From positions 1 through 55,110 of the IMG/VR virus record IMGVR_UViG_3300021197_001923: a stretch of 55,110 nucleotides of DNA; one strand, given 5' to 3'. This DNA comes from a virus. Lineage: Duplodnaviria > Caudoviricetes. Below, in pieces: positions 18,487 to 26,357 of this stretch (positions are counted from its first letter, which is position 1; each line of letters begins with the position of its first letter). A model generated the notes under the pieces. That model was not told where the DNA came from. It was given only the letters and a program-made list of their open reading frames with translations, and made no database searches. The position numbers were made by a program, and so were the translations under genes.

Positions 18487-19776
18487 TGCCCGTGGATATT
18501 GTAGCTTCAACATTGTTTTCACCGCTACATCCCAATCGATTTTACCTGAATATCCACCGTATGTTTCATCTGGCACTGCATGACCAATAATACGTGCCGC
18601 TAAGTTTTGTTCTACTTGAGCGTTTTCAAAACGATTTGCCATGGTGGCTCGAAAGCTATGGAACGCATGGCGCTTGGTCTCGAAACCGAGTTTAGACTTG
18701 AGCCTATTAAACCGATGGCTAATGCCTTTGGTACGAGTTTTATATTTGTTGTTAGATGACTCTCCTGAAATCAAAAAGCCATCTGTGCTTGTTTGCTTTA
18801 AGCGTTCAACCATTTGTTGAATATCAGGATGGATCGGTATTTCACGCTCGCCATTATAGGTTTTTGAGTCCTCTACCACAAAACGGTCGTCTAAAACCGA
18901 GGTTACCTTCATGTTGCCGATTTCGTTTAAACGCATCCCAGTGTACATGCCCAGCTTAATAATATCGATTAAGTTTTGATCGTCCTTTTCAACAGCAGCC
19001 TCCAGCAGCATGTAGCATTCTGCTACCTCGTAGGGTTTATAAGTGACGTTCGTACTCTTTTTTCTAGCAGCTTTTGTTCGATTGACTGGGGGTAGTATAG
19101 ATGATCCCACCGCTAAATTTGTGGCCTCAGTATATTTCCCCTCACAATACGCCCAAAGTTTATTCACGTACCCAAAGTTTTTGTTCACTGTTCGGCGTGT
19201 CCACTCTGGGTAACCGTTACGACCTTGCAGCATATCATCCACCCAAATTTTGAGCTCTGACTTTTCTATCGTTTCAAAAAACGGAAAGCGCTTGCAGAAA
19301 TTACCCAGCAAAAACGTTACAGCGCCATCTTTGCCTGAAGGCACGTACCCATGCTGCGTCACCCACTCATCCACGTACTTGGTGGTAGGAGTATAGGCTT
19401 TTGTTGCCATCCCAAATGCTCGCACCTTGTCCTTCGTTTTTTCGTCCAATTCTGCGCCAGGTCGCAGGGTGTGCGCCACCGTTTCAAAGGCACTCTCGCC
19501 GCCGCCAAGTTCTTCAAATAGCCTTCTGGATTCTTCAGCAGTTGCGTCGAGGTCAACAATTTCGCCTCGCTCTTTTGCCCGTGCAGCTTTGATTAAACTT
19601 TTCCAGCGATGGACATGCGGCAGCTTTCTAATTTCAGCCTCGGCAAAGTTATGGGTCTCCAGCGTTTGGATGAACTTTCTTTTGCCAAAAGTGGCGTGTA
19701 AATCTTTCGGCACTTGCATCACAGCGTAGTAAGTTTTGAACTGTGTGATGAGATATTGCCCGTTAGCTTTAGTCAT
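18484..19776 (-). CDS. int: Tyrosine integrase with DUF6538-like N-terminal domain
   Basis: YYAVMQVPKDL...LET N-terminus; catalytic TGMR, SKT, HSFR, GH, Y. Confidence 0.92.
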   Translation of the reverse strand: MTKANGQYLITQFKTYYAVMQVPKDLHATFGKRKFIQTLETHNFAEAEIRKLPHVHRWKSLIKAARAKERGEIVDLDATAEESRRLFEELGGGESAFETVAHTLRPGAELDEKTKDKVRAFGMATKAYTPTTKYVDEWVTQHGYVPSGKDGAVTFLLGNFCKRFPFFETIEKSELKIWVDDMLQGRNGYPEWTRRTVNKNFGYVNKLWAYCEGKYTEATNLAVGSSILPPVNRTKAARKKSTNVTYKPYEVAECYMLLEAAVEKDDQNLIDIIKLGMYTGMRLNEIGNMKVTSVLDDRFVVEDSKTYNGEREIPIHPDIQQMVERLKQTSTDGFLISGESSNNKYKTRTKGISHRFNRLKSKLGFETKRHAFHSFRATMANRFENAQVEQNLAARIIGHAVPDETYGGYSGKIDWDVAVKTMLKLQYPRA

Positions 19777-19792
19777 GCATATCCTCAGTTTT

Positions 19793-19991
19793 TATACCTA
19801 GGTTTATACCTAGGTTTTTATACCTATGCAACAAAAAGACCATATTTTATTGGTTTTTTATGGACATTATGAACTTAGGGATAGCTTCCCGCTACCCGCT
19901 CCAAGATATTTTTATCCAATAAAATCAGTTACTTAAACAAACTGACTAGGATAATTATACCTAGGTTTATACCTAGATATTTATACCTAGG
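19793..19991. other. attP: tRNA-Gly-like 3' core TTCCCGCTACCCGCTCCA (19886-19903) flanked by six TATACCTA(GG) arm repeats
   Basis: Repeats start at 19793, 19805, 19819, 19956, 19968 and 19982; adjacent to the integrase start. Confidence 0.85.
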
Positions 19992-20008
19992 TTTTGATCT
20001 ATGCATAC

Positions 20009-20048
20009 AAAAAGGCCCCCAGAATAAACCAGGGGCCCTCTTGTTTTG
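20009..20048. terminator. Terminator, probably bidirectional
   Basis: AAAA-GGCCCC...GGGGCC-CTCTTGTTTT. Confidence 0.6.
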
Positions 20049-20066
20049 CTTCGGAATCGCAGTTTT

Positions 20067-20318
20067 TTACACGTCGAACTTAATTTGATTGCGAGTATAT
20101 GCCGACGAATAGTCGCTGGCATTGTCTGAACTCGAACCAACATAACGATGTTCAATCATTTCGGTGCTGCGAAAATCCCATGATGTAATCCCATAGTCGC
20201 CGCCGATTACGCAATCTATCGGCCCAGTTGCCTTTTTGATTGCGTCGTCTAAAGCGTTTTTAATTCGGATCGCATCTTCGAGGTATATTGTACCTTCAAA
20301 GCGATTGTTTTGAACCAT
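20067..20318 (-). CDS. Hypothetical 83-aa protein with long structured leader
   Basis: GGAAGGA RBS before ATG at 20318; shorter than the ORF-track call. Confidence 0.6.
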   Translation of the reverse strand: MVQNNRFEGTIYLEDAIRIKNALDDAIKKATGPIDCVIGGDYGITSWDFRSTEMIEHRYVGSSSDNASDYSSAYTRNQIKFDV

Positions 20319-20653
20319 ATAGTTCCTTCCATGCCTTGGGTGGGAGCACCCGTTAAAGTTTGTTTTGCGTATTCGTACCGTTTTCCGCTCGCCAGCTCCT
20401 TTTTCATTTGCTGGATGCAACAATGTTTCGCTGCATCCAGCAATCACTTTGGTCACACGTTTATCGCTCGTCAGCATAGATATGAGGCCCTGAAGTAAGC
20501 CATCGCTCTACGAATGGCAGCGGGTATCTCATGCAGCCCGTTATGTTGCGCTGCGTATCAAAACATTAACCTAAAACGTTCGACCAAAAAATAGCTGGAA
20601 GGGATTTATTTTGAAATCTTTTCTCTTGACATCGGTATTCTCAACGGATCAAC

Positions 20654-20668
20654 GTTCGCTTTTCGTTC
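20654..20668. promoter_or_regulatory. Alphaproteobacterial LexA (SOS) box
   Basis: GTTC-GCTTTTC-GTTC, intergenic; TTGACA at 20626. Confidence 0.7.
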
Positions 20669-20849
20669 TAAACCGCTGATTTGCTTGAAAAAAGCTGCTC
20701 CTGACAAGTTAGGACAACATGTAGTGGTGCGTGTCACTAACTGCATATATGCGGTATATGCAAAAGGTGACTCCCAATTGTAAATTTAGAAAGTTTATTT
20801 TTGCCCAAATTGAACCATTTTGCCCCGCATCGCACCGAATCGGCCCGAA

Positions 20850-21284
20850 TCACTCTGGCGGTTTTGCCAGAAGGTTGATGATCTGAATAGCTTGCTTTGA
20901 GACATCATAGAATTTTTCACCGACAGGCACCTTAACGTTTGGTATTACCTCAATGGGAGCGGCCAGCACTGTGTGACGACTAATAATTGCTGCGTGGGTC
21001 ATGCCTTGGTTTAGCACAAAAAAATGGCATGGGCGTTCTGTGAACTTTTTCTTTCGATACGGAATCCGCAGTGTGGGAAAATTGAACTCAGGCCCATGCC
21101 ATCCTAATTTCACTTCAACTTCACAGCCAAAGGATTTGCCCTTGCCTCTCACCAGCAGGTCAACGCCGAAATGGTCAGGGTTTTCGTTGCACTCATAACC
21201 CAACTGTTCCCAAAACTTTTGGGCAGTGAATTTTGCAGCATTATCGTATTGCTCGTAAACATCTCGCTCGAATTGTTTAAGCAC
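20850..21284 (-). CDS. PD-(D/E)XK nuclease-fold protein
   Basis: GVDLLV...EVEVK motif. Confidence 0.7.
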   Translation of the reverse strand: MLKQFERDVYEQYDNAAKFTAQKFWEQLGYECNENPDHFGVDLLVRGKGKSFGCEVEVKLGWHGPEFNFPTLRIPYRKKKFTERPCHFFVLNQGMTHAAIISRHTVLAAPIEVIPNVKVPVGEKFYDVSKQAIQIINLLAKPPE

Positions 21285-21447
21285 GGCGCCGCTCCTGGTT
21301 TTTCAGGTATGCGCAGTTCCAGCCTCGAATCCATTCACGGGCGTAAAATGATTGCGGCCTATATGGGCACCGATCATCGGTTAAAAAAGCGTTCCAGCCA
21401 ACTTGGTAGGGCCGCTCTGCGGGGAAAAAACGTTTCATGTACTGCAT
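21277..21447 (-). CDS. 56-aa Rmf/CrpP-fold-like protein (not in the ORF track)
   Basis: MQYMKRFF...YQVGWNAF...RCPY...REWIRGW; GGAGAG RBS; coupled to the next gene. Confidence 0.7.
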   Translation of the reverse strand: MQYMKRFFPAERPYQVGWNAFLTDDRCPYRPQSFYAREWIRGWNCAYLKNQERRRA

Positions 21448-21477
21448 CCATATTCTCTCCCCCCATCATGGTTTGAG

Positions 21478-23160
21478 CTAGACGCCGCAGCTGCCACCTG
21501 TGCCGCTGATGTCGCAAATATCGTGAGTTTCTATTGCTTCATCAAATTCCTCGCCAAGCTTGGCCACAGCCTCGCTGTATGGGACTGATGTAAGCGGTTG
21601 GCCACCACGGGAACCGTCTGGGTAACAAGTGAAGCCACGAAGCCCGTGAGCATATTTGGCAAGGGTTTCGGCAAACTTTGGCACGGTGTCTTCGTTATTT
21701 AACTTGGTGCCCCACGCCGGCAGATTGATCGTTGAGGAAATCGACATATCAACGTAACTTTGTACATCACTTTGAAATTTCATGCGCCGTTCATAATCGC
21801 TGGCCAAATCCAAAGCGCTCTCAATTGTATCGGGAGAAGCTCCATAGCGATCAATCAGTTGCTGCGCAGCGGAATCGACAACGTATTGGTAAACCCAGCG
21901 ACTATTACCTTTCAGGTAACGCCTTTTATAAGCAACGGCAAAGATAGGCTCAACACCAGTAGAGGTACCAGCCAATATGCCAATCGAACCTGTCGGGGCG
22001 ATGGCTCGATTAGCAACAGGGCGAGTGATGCTAAAGCGATCCGCAGTTTCTTTGCTAACTTTGTCAGAAATACCTTCGTAAACCGAAAGCCAATTATGTA
22101 GTTCAGGGGTAACTTCATAGCGTGATCCTCTTTGTATAAGCCACTCGTGGATGCCCATTAAGCCCAAGCCCAAGCGACGGTTTTTCGCACGGGTCAATTC
22201 AACTTGGGGGTAAGGCAGCTTTGCTTTCATTGTTCCGCAAAGCAAAAATTTTGTGGCCAGTTCTACGACTTCCGCCATTTCGTAGATGTCTTCGATACGG
22301 CCCATGTTAATGCTGCCTAAGTTGCAAACATCACTGTCATCAGCGGACGTAATTTCCGTACAAGCGTTTCTTAACGTTTCGTTTTCTTTGTCGAAGAAAT
22401 TGAAGCTAAAACCAGGTTCGGCGGTCTTCATGGCTTGGTGGACATTCTCCAAAAATACATCGCCAACATCGCCAGTTTTGTAATAATTAAGCAGCCATTC
22501 GGTGTCATAATTCACGCTGATATTGGTCATATCTAGAGGGGCAGGAAAATTGAAATCGTGCTGCTTAATATCCCATAAGCTTTGGCCCGTATTTCCCACC
22601 ATCATAGACTGCCAATCCTTGGCGTGAAGGAAATCCAGTATATCGCCGTGCTTCCAGTTCAAGCTAGCGTAAATGGCCGATCTACGAGAACCGCCTTGCA
22701 TCACCTTCGACCCAATAGAATTGATCATCTGCATCTTTGGGATCGGGCCTGAAGCTGTGCCGCCAGTTTGATGAATTGGAGATCCAGCGGGGCGGTAAAC
22801 TGAATAATCGATGCCGATTCCGCCGCCAGTCATGAGGCAGCTTTCCGCCTTCCAACTAAGGTTTGCCCAGTCTTCACGAGTGTCTTCTTCGGCTTTCAAC
22901 AAAAAACAATTATTGAAAAATTTATTCGAGCGACCAGCGTAATAAAGATACCGGCCCCCAGGGATGAATTTCAAATCCCTTATGAACTCGTACAAGCGCT
23001 GGACATCATCCTTTTGCAAAAACTCGCTACATACATCTTCGACCAGAGTTGATGCCAAAGCATCCCAAGTCTCGGCCCCCTCATGGGCATATTTATGATT
23101 AAAAATGTCTTCAGAAAATTTGCTCCGAAACATTGGGTTGAGGTTGCTTTTAAAACTCAT
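21478..23160 (-). CDS. nrdJ: Ribonucleotide reductase, class II (B12-dependent)
   Basis: GGRY, NNC, NACTE, CNLGSIN, LGLG and APTG motifs; C-terminal Cys pair; no beta subunit gene. Confidence 0.85.
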   Translation of the reverse strand: MSFKSNLNPMFRSKFSEDIFNHKYAHEGAETWDALASTLVEDVCSEFLQKDDVQRLYEFIRDLKFIPGGRYLYYAGRSNKFFNNCFLLKAEEDTREDWANLSWKAESCLMTGGGIGIDYSVYRPAGSPIHQTGGTASGPIPKMQMINSIGSKVMQGGSRRSAIYASLNWKHGDILDFLHAKDWQSMMVGNTGQSLWDIKQHDFNFPAPLDMTNISVNYDTEWLLNYYKTGDVGDVFLENVHQAMKTAEPGFSFNFFDKENETLRNACTEITSADDSDVCNLGSINMGRIEDIYEMAEVVELATKFLLCGTMKAKLPYPQVELTRAKNRRLGLGLMGIHEWLIQRGSRYEVTPELHNWLSVYEGISDKVSKETADRFSITRPVANRAIAPTGSIGILAGTSTGVEPIFAVAYKRRYLKGNSRWVYQYVVDSAAQQLIDRYGASPDTIESALDLASDYERRMKFQSDVQSYVDMSISSTINLPAWGTKLNNEDTVPKFAETLAKYAHGLRGFTCYPDGSRGGQPLTSVPYSEAVAKLGEEFDEAIETHDICDISGTGGSCGV

Positions 23161-23167
23161 GGCAACC

Positions 23168-23593
23168 TCACGCTAAATCAGACAGATCGGGCGCTTCGTA
23201 ATTAGGCCCTTTCATAATTTTGCCGTCCTTCCGAACAATCGGATTTCCGGTATCATCCAGTTTGCTCATGTTACTTGCATGTACACGGCGGAATGCGGCA
23301 TCTAAATCCCAGCCAAATGAAGCAGCGTAGCCATAGGCAACGTAGAGCACGTCACAGAGCTCTTTTACGACCTCCTCAGATGTCTCCGCCGCACAAACTT
23401 CATCAAACTCCTCTTGCAGCAATTTTAAGCGCAATCGGTCCAGATCCGAGTTCTGGATGTAAGGGTGATCTAACGAATGCCCCATCACACGATGAAACTG
23501 TCGTACCATCTCCATTGGTGTTTTCCCGATGTAAGTATCAGGGTTACGCAGGGCGTCATTACCCTCGTCATAATATTCAAATGCCACGTCCAT
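23168..23593 (-). CDS. MazG-like / PRA-PH nucleoside triphosphate pyrophosphohydrolase
   Basis: LLQEEFDE...KELCDVLYV...VHASNMSK...DGKIMKG. Confidence 0.88.
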   Translation of the reverse strand: MDVAFEYYDEGNDALRNPDTYIGKTPMEMVRQFHRVMGHSLDHPYIQNSDLDRLRLKLLQEEFDEVCAAETSEEVVKELCDVLYVAYGYAASFGWDLDAAFRRVHASNMSKLDDTGNPIVRKDGKIMKGPNYEAPDLSDLA

Positions 23594-23879
23594 TTTCGGC
23601 CTCTTCAAGTTTTTCGATTAATCGGTTGATGTACCAAGCAGCCTTTTTCAAATCCTGAACGGGGTTGTGCTTGTAGGGCCAACGCCAAAGATATTTGAGT
23701 GCATTTTGCCAAAGGTACGATTGATGTGCGGGGATCTCTGAACCTTGCACCATGGCTTCCATGGCATCGATGCATTCCAGTTTTCCGTTGCGATAATGTT
23801 GCGGCTTATCTACGGCCGCTTCCGAGCGTAGTTCCGCCAAACTTCTAGTGTCCAGCTTGGACAAATCCCACTTCGCCAT
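23577..23879 (-). CDS. DUF3310 (T7 gp1.7-like nucleotide kinase) protein
   Basis: VDKPQHY...ECIDAM...NALKYLWR...DLKKAAWY. Confidence 0.88.
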   Translation of the reverse strand: MAKWDLSKLDTRSLAELRSEAAVDKPQHYRNGKLECIDAMEAMVQGSEIPAHQSYLWQNALKYLWRWPYKHNPVQDLKKAAWYINRLIEKLEEAENGRGI

Positions 23880-24202
23880 CAGTGAAACTTCTTTTTGATT
23901 GGCACCACTTTTTCATTGTTGGCGAACATCTCTTTAAAGTCATCGTCCCAATCAATTTCGCCCTCTTCATCCAATGCTTGACCAACGGTCATCATTATTC
24001 GATGCATGGCGCCAACAGTGCCCAACACTTCAGGGTGAAACTTCAAAACGAAGTGCAAACCGGCGAGCATATCAATCCAGCCACTGGCCGCTTCTCTATC
24101 AAAATCAGGGTGAAAATTATACGCAGTGGTGACACCCATTTCACCGTCTTCACCACAATCAATTTCAACGGCAATTTGGTTATCTTGTAGTCTGTTATCC
24201 AT
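23879..24202 (-). CDS. Hypothetical protein
   Basis: Coupled ORF; NEKVVPIKKKFH end. Confidence 0.7.
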   Translation of the reverse strand: MDNRLQDNQIAVEIDCGEDGEMGVTTAYNFHPDFDREAASGWIDMLAGLHFVLKFHPEVLGTVGAMHRIMMTVGQALDEEGEIDWDDDFKEMFANNEKVVPIKKKFH

Positions 24203-24554
24203 CAGGGTCTTTCCTGCTAATAAGTTCAAAAAAGTGATCCATATCGATCACAGCTAAAGGTTTGCGGCGGTCAGCTTTTATGATGACCAGCGGCTCGGCA
24301 CCGGAGGGGCAATTTGCAACGCATTGATCCACAAATTTGTAAATGGCGATGTTTTTCAATGCCTTACATTCAATCGAATATGGAAACAGCCGGCGGGCTT
24401 GTGAGGCCATTTGGATGTCTTCACCAGACTGGCCCATTCCCGTAGAGCGCACGTCTTGGTCCGTCAGCATTGGAAACAGAGATAATATTTTGTCTCTGGC
24501 TTGCTGTTGAAGACGACGCCCCTTTGCCTTTGCAGACGAAGGTTTGATAGCCAT
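24195..24554 (-). CDS. Holliday-junction-resolvase-like PD-(D/E)XK endonuclease
   Basis: KAKGRRLQ...GEDI...SIECK...EPLVI. Confidence 0.8.
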   Translation of the reverse strand: MAIKPSSAKAKGRRLQQQARDKILSLFPMLTDQDVRSTGMGQSGEDIQMASQARRLFPYSIECKALKNIAIYKFVDQCVANCPSGAEPLVIIKADRRKPLAVIDMDHFFELISRKDPDG

Positions 24555-25405
24555 TATTCAGGTTCCAAATACCAGTACTGCGGCGGGTTTTTAGCTGCAG
24601 AGTCTGGATGAGCTTTAAACTCAGCTGTAGGCCAACATTGCGCCTTAAAATCACAAAACTCGCAGGTTTTTCCCAAACGCTTACGACCGGTAGGCCGACC
24701 TCGCCATTTATCTTCTACAGGCTCAAAGCAGCGCTGAAACGGTGCATTGGTTGTAATAGATTTGACGTTGGTTTTTATGCGCTCTGAAATCTCTTTGCGC
24801 TCATCCACCGAAGCATCGCACTCGACCACCTTAACAGCACCGGTACTTTTACAAACAACGATCCAGCCACCAGGCTCTTGGCCCTTTGCAGAAGCATATC
24901 CATGCAGCTGTGATACATACCCAAAATCGTCATGGGCCTTTAGGAATTCATACCCTTGGCTCCATTTGTTTGAGAATGACCATGGACTAGCCGACTTTAT
25001 GTCAAAAACTCTATGATCGATGCTGATGTCGTCAGTGCCTTTGATAACAGTATCGTCGACCTGTAATTCCACCGCATCAGAACGGCTGGTCACGTTTACT
25101 TTGGCAATTTTAAGCATCAGATCCGTGATTATTTCGACGCAATCGCCGAGCAGCATGACCATGATAAAATTATACGGCTTGCGGGTGGCTGGAGCGCCTT
25201 TTGCTTGCATTTGCAGCTGACATAGAGGTTTGCCAAAATTGCTCATGCGCAAACTAAAGTTGCCGTCCCGTGGAGACAATTGCTTGCGAAGCACCCCTTT
25301 GAGTGCCTCGCCCGCTTCATCAATCCAACGATCATCGATAGTAACCTTATCGAATTGGTTGTTGGATATGTTGTCCAAAGCCAAGTGGATTTGGGGTTCA
25401 ATCAT
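24554..25405 (-). CDS. Cas4-like PD-(D/E)XK exonuclease
   Basis: LRMSNFGKPLC, GTDD, DIKS, Q..GY and C..CDFK..C motifs. Confidence 0.8.
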   Translation of the reverse strand: MIEPQIHLALDNISNNQFDKVTIDDRWIDEAGEALKGVLRKQLSPRDGNFSLRMSNFGKPLCQLQMQAKGAPATRKPYNFIMVMLLGDCVEIITDLMLKIAKVNVTSRSDAVELQVDDTVIKGTDDISIDHRVFDIKSASPWSFSNKWSQGYEFLKAHDDFGYVSQLHGYASAKGQEPGGWIVVCKSTGAVKVVECDASVDERKEISERIKTNVKSITTNAPFQRCFEPVEDKWRGRPTGRKRLGKTCEFCDFKAQCWPTAEFKAHPDSAAKNPPQYWYLEPE

Positions 25406-26250
25406 CAGGCAGCGTCTACGAAGTCTGATTCAAGGTCGCCCTCAATCGCATTTAAGGCCCGCTGATCCATCTTTTGGTTTGTAAGGGCCGCATTGTAGGC
25501 GGTTGTGATGCCCTTATTTTCCGACTTTATATAATCAGCGATAGCGCCAATGCTATCCACCGTTTCCTGATCAAGCCCAAGCGGGTTACTCAAGTCCGGT
25601 TCAAAGTGAAAAGTATACCATACAACAGAGCCATTTTTGTGACGCTTAGAGGTAATTTTAGCCTGATAATCCCAAATATTACGACCCTTTGGAATTTTAC
25701 GCAAAAACTCCTCATCGAAAGGTTGGAAATTAGTGCCTTTTAGCATCAAAATTACAGGCTTATTTTCGTACAAAATCTTTTCACCAGAGGCCGTTTTGCC
25801 CTCAAAACTCACGAGGCCACGAACTTGGCGAAAGCACGTGATTCCGCTATATTTTTCACGCTTCTCAGGCGACATTTCAGCCAGCTGCGATGACTTAGGC
25901 TTACCGCAGCGTACTGTACCGGCAGTATCAATTGGCTCTTCTCCAAAATGTGAAATGATTTTGGATTTAGAAACCAACTTATTCAGCGTGTTATCATAGT
26001 GCAAATACTGAAAATGATGCGACAACGCTCTAAAAGAGACGTTTTCAGAGTATGCACCTGGGTCTTCACCTTTAATAAAAAAGTGCCCACGGGGTAGAGC
26101 ATTCCCCTGATCATCGTCGGGGGACGCATTGATCTTTAATTCGCTCATACGGCTAGCACTATTGCCACCGCTTGTTTGGCCCACTGTGGCGCCAAGTTCC
26201 TGCGCAAGTTGCGCTATGGATTTTCCATTTGTTGTAACGAGTTCTGTCAT
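25405..26250 (-). CDS. Putative single-stranded DNA-binding protein
   Basis: Position between pol and exonuclease; acidic tail; AAGGA RBS. Confidence 0.65.
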   Translation of the reverse strand: MTELVTTNGKSIAQLAQELGATVGQTSGGNSASRMSELKINASPDDDQGNALPRGHFFIKGEDPGAYSENVSFRALSHHFQYLHYDNTLNKLVSKSKIISHFGEEPIDTAGTVRCGKPKSSQLAEMSPEKREKYSGITCFRQVRGLVSFEGKTASGEKILYENKPVILMLKGTNFQPFDEEFLRKIPKGRNIWDYQAKITSKRHKNGSVVWYTFHFEPDLSNPLGLDQETVDSIGAIADYIKSENKGITTAYNAALTNQKMDQRALNAIEGDLESDFVDAA

Positions 26251-26299
26251 AAAATTTCCTTTGAACAGAGGTTTGGTCATGCTGTTTAGCTAGAGGTTT

Positions 26300-26343
26300 C
26301 GTATATCCGAATCTTGTACCCAAGTCAACTATAGTGCACTATA
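26300..26343 (-). promoter_or_regulatory. Promoter of the ssb-to-RNR operon with palindromic operator
   Basis: TTGACT-17-TATACG; TATAGTGCACTATA abuts the -35; GANTC in the spacer. Confidence 0.75.
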
Positions 26344-26357
26344 TATTGCACAATAAA

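Noticed and set aside
19860-19903. Full tRNA gene
   Set aside because: Only the 3' 18 nt are present; no cloverleaf.
19793-19991. CRISPR array or iterons
   Set aside because: The repeats are 8-10 bp with no spacers and flank a tRNA-like core next to an integrase, which fits arm sites.
20400-20495. Hammerhead ribozyme (CTGACGA...GAAAC on the minus strand)
   Set aside because: Stems I and III and the UH site cannot be formed, and GAAAC sits in the loop of another hairpin.
20715-20724. Third NrdR-like site CAACATGTAG
   Set aside because: Single box with no partner at 30 bp and no clear target; not supported enough.
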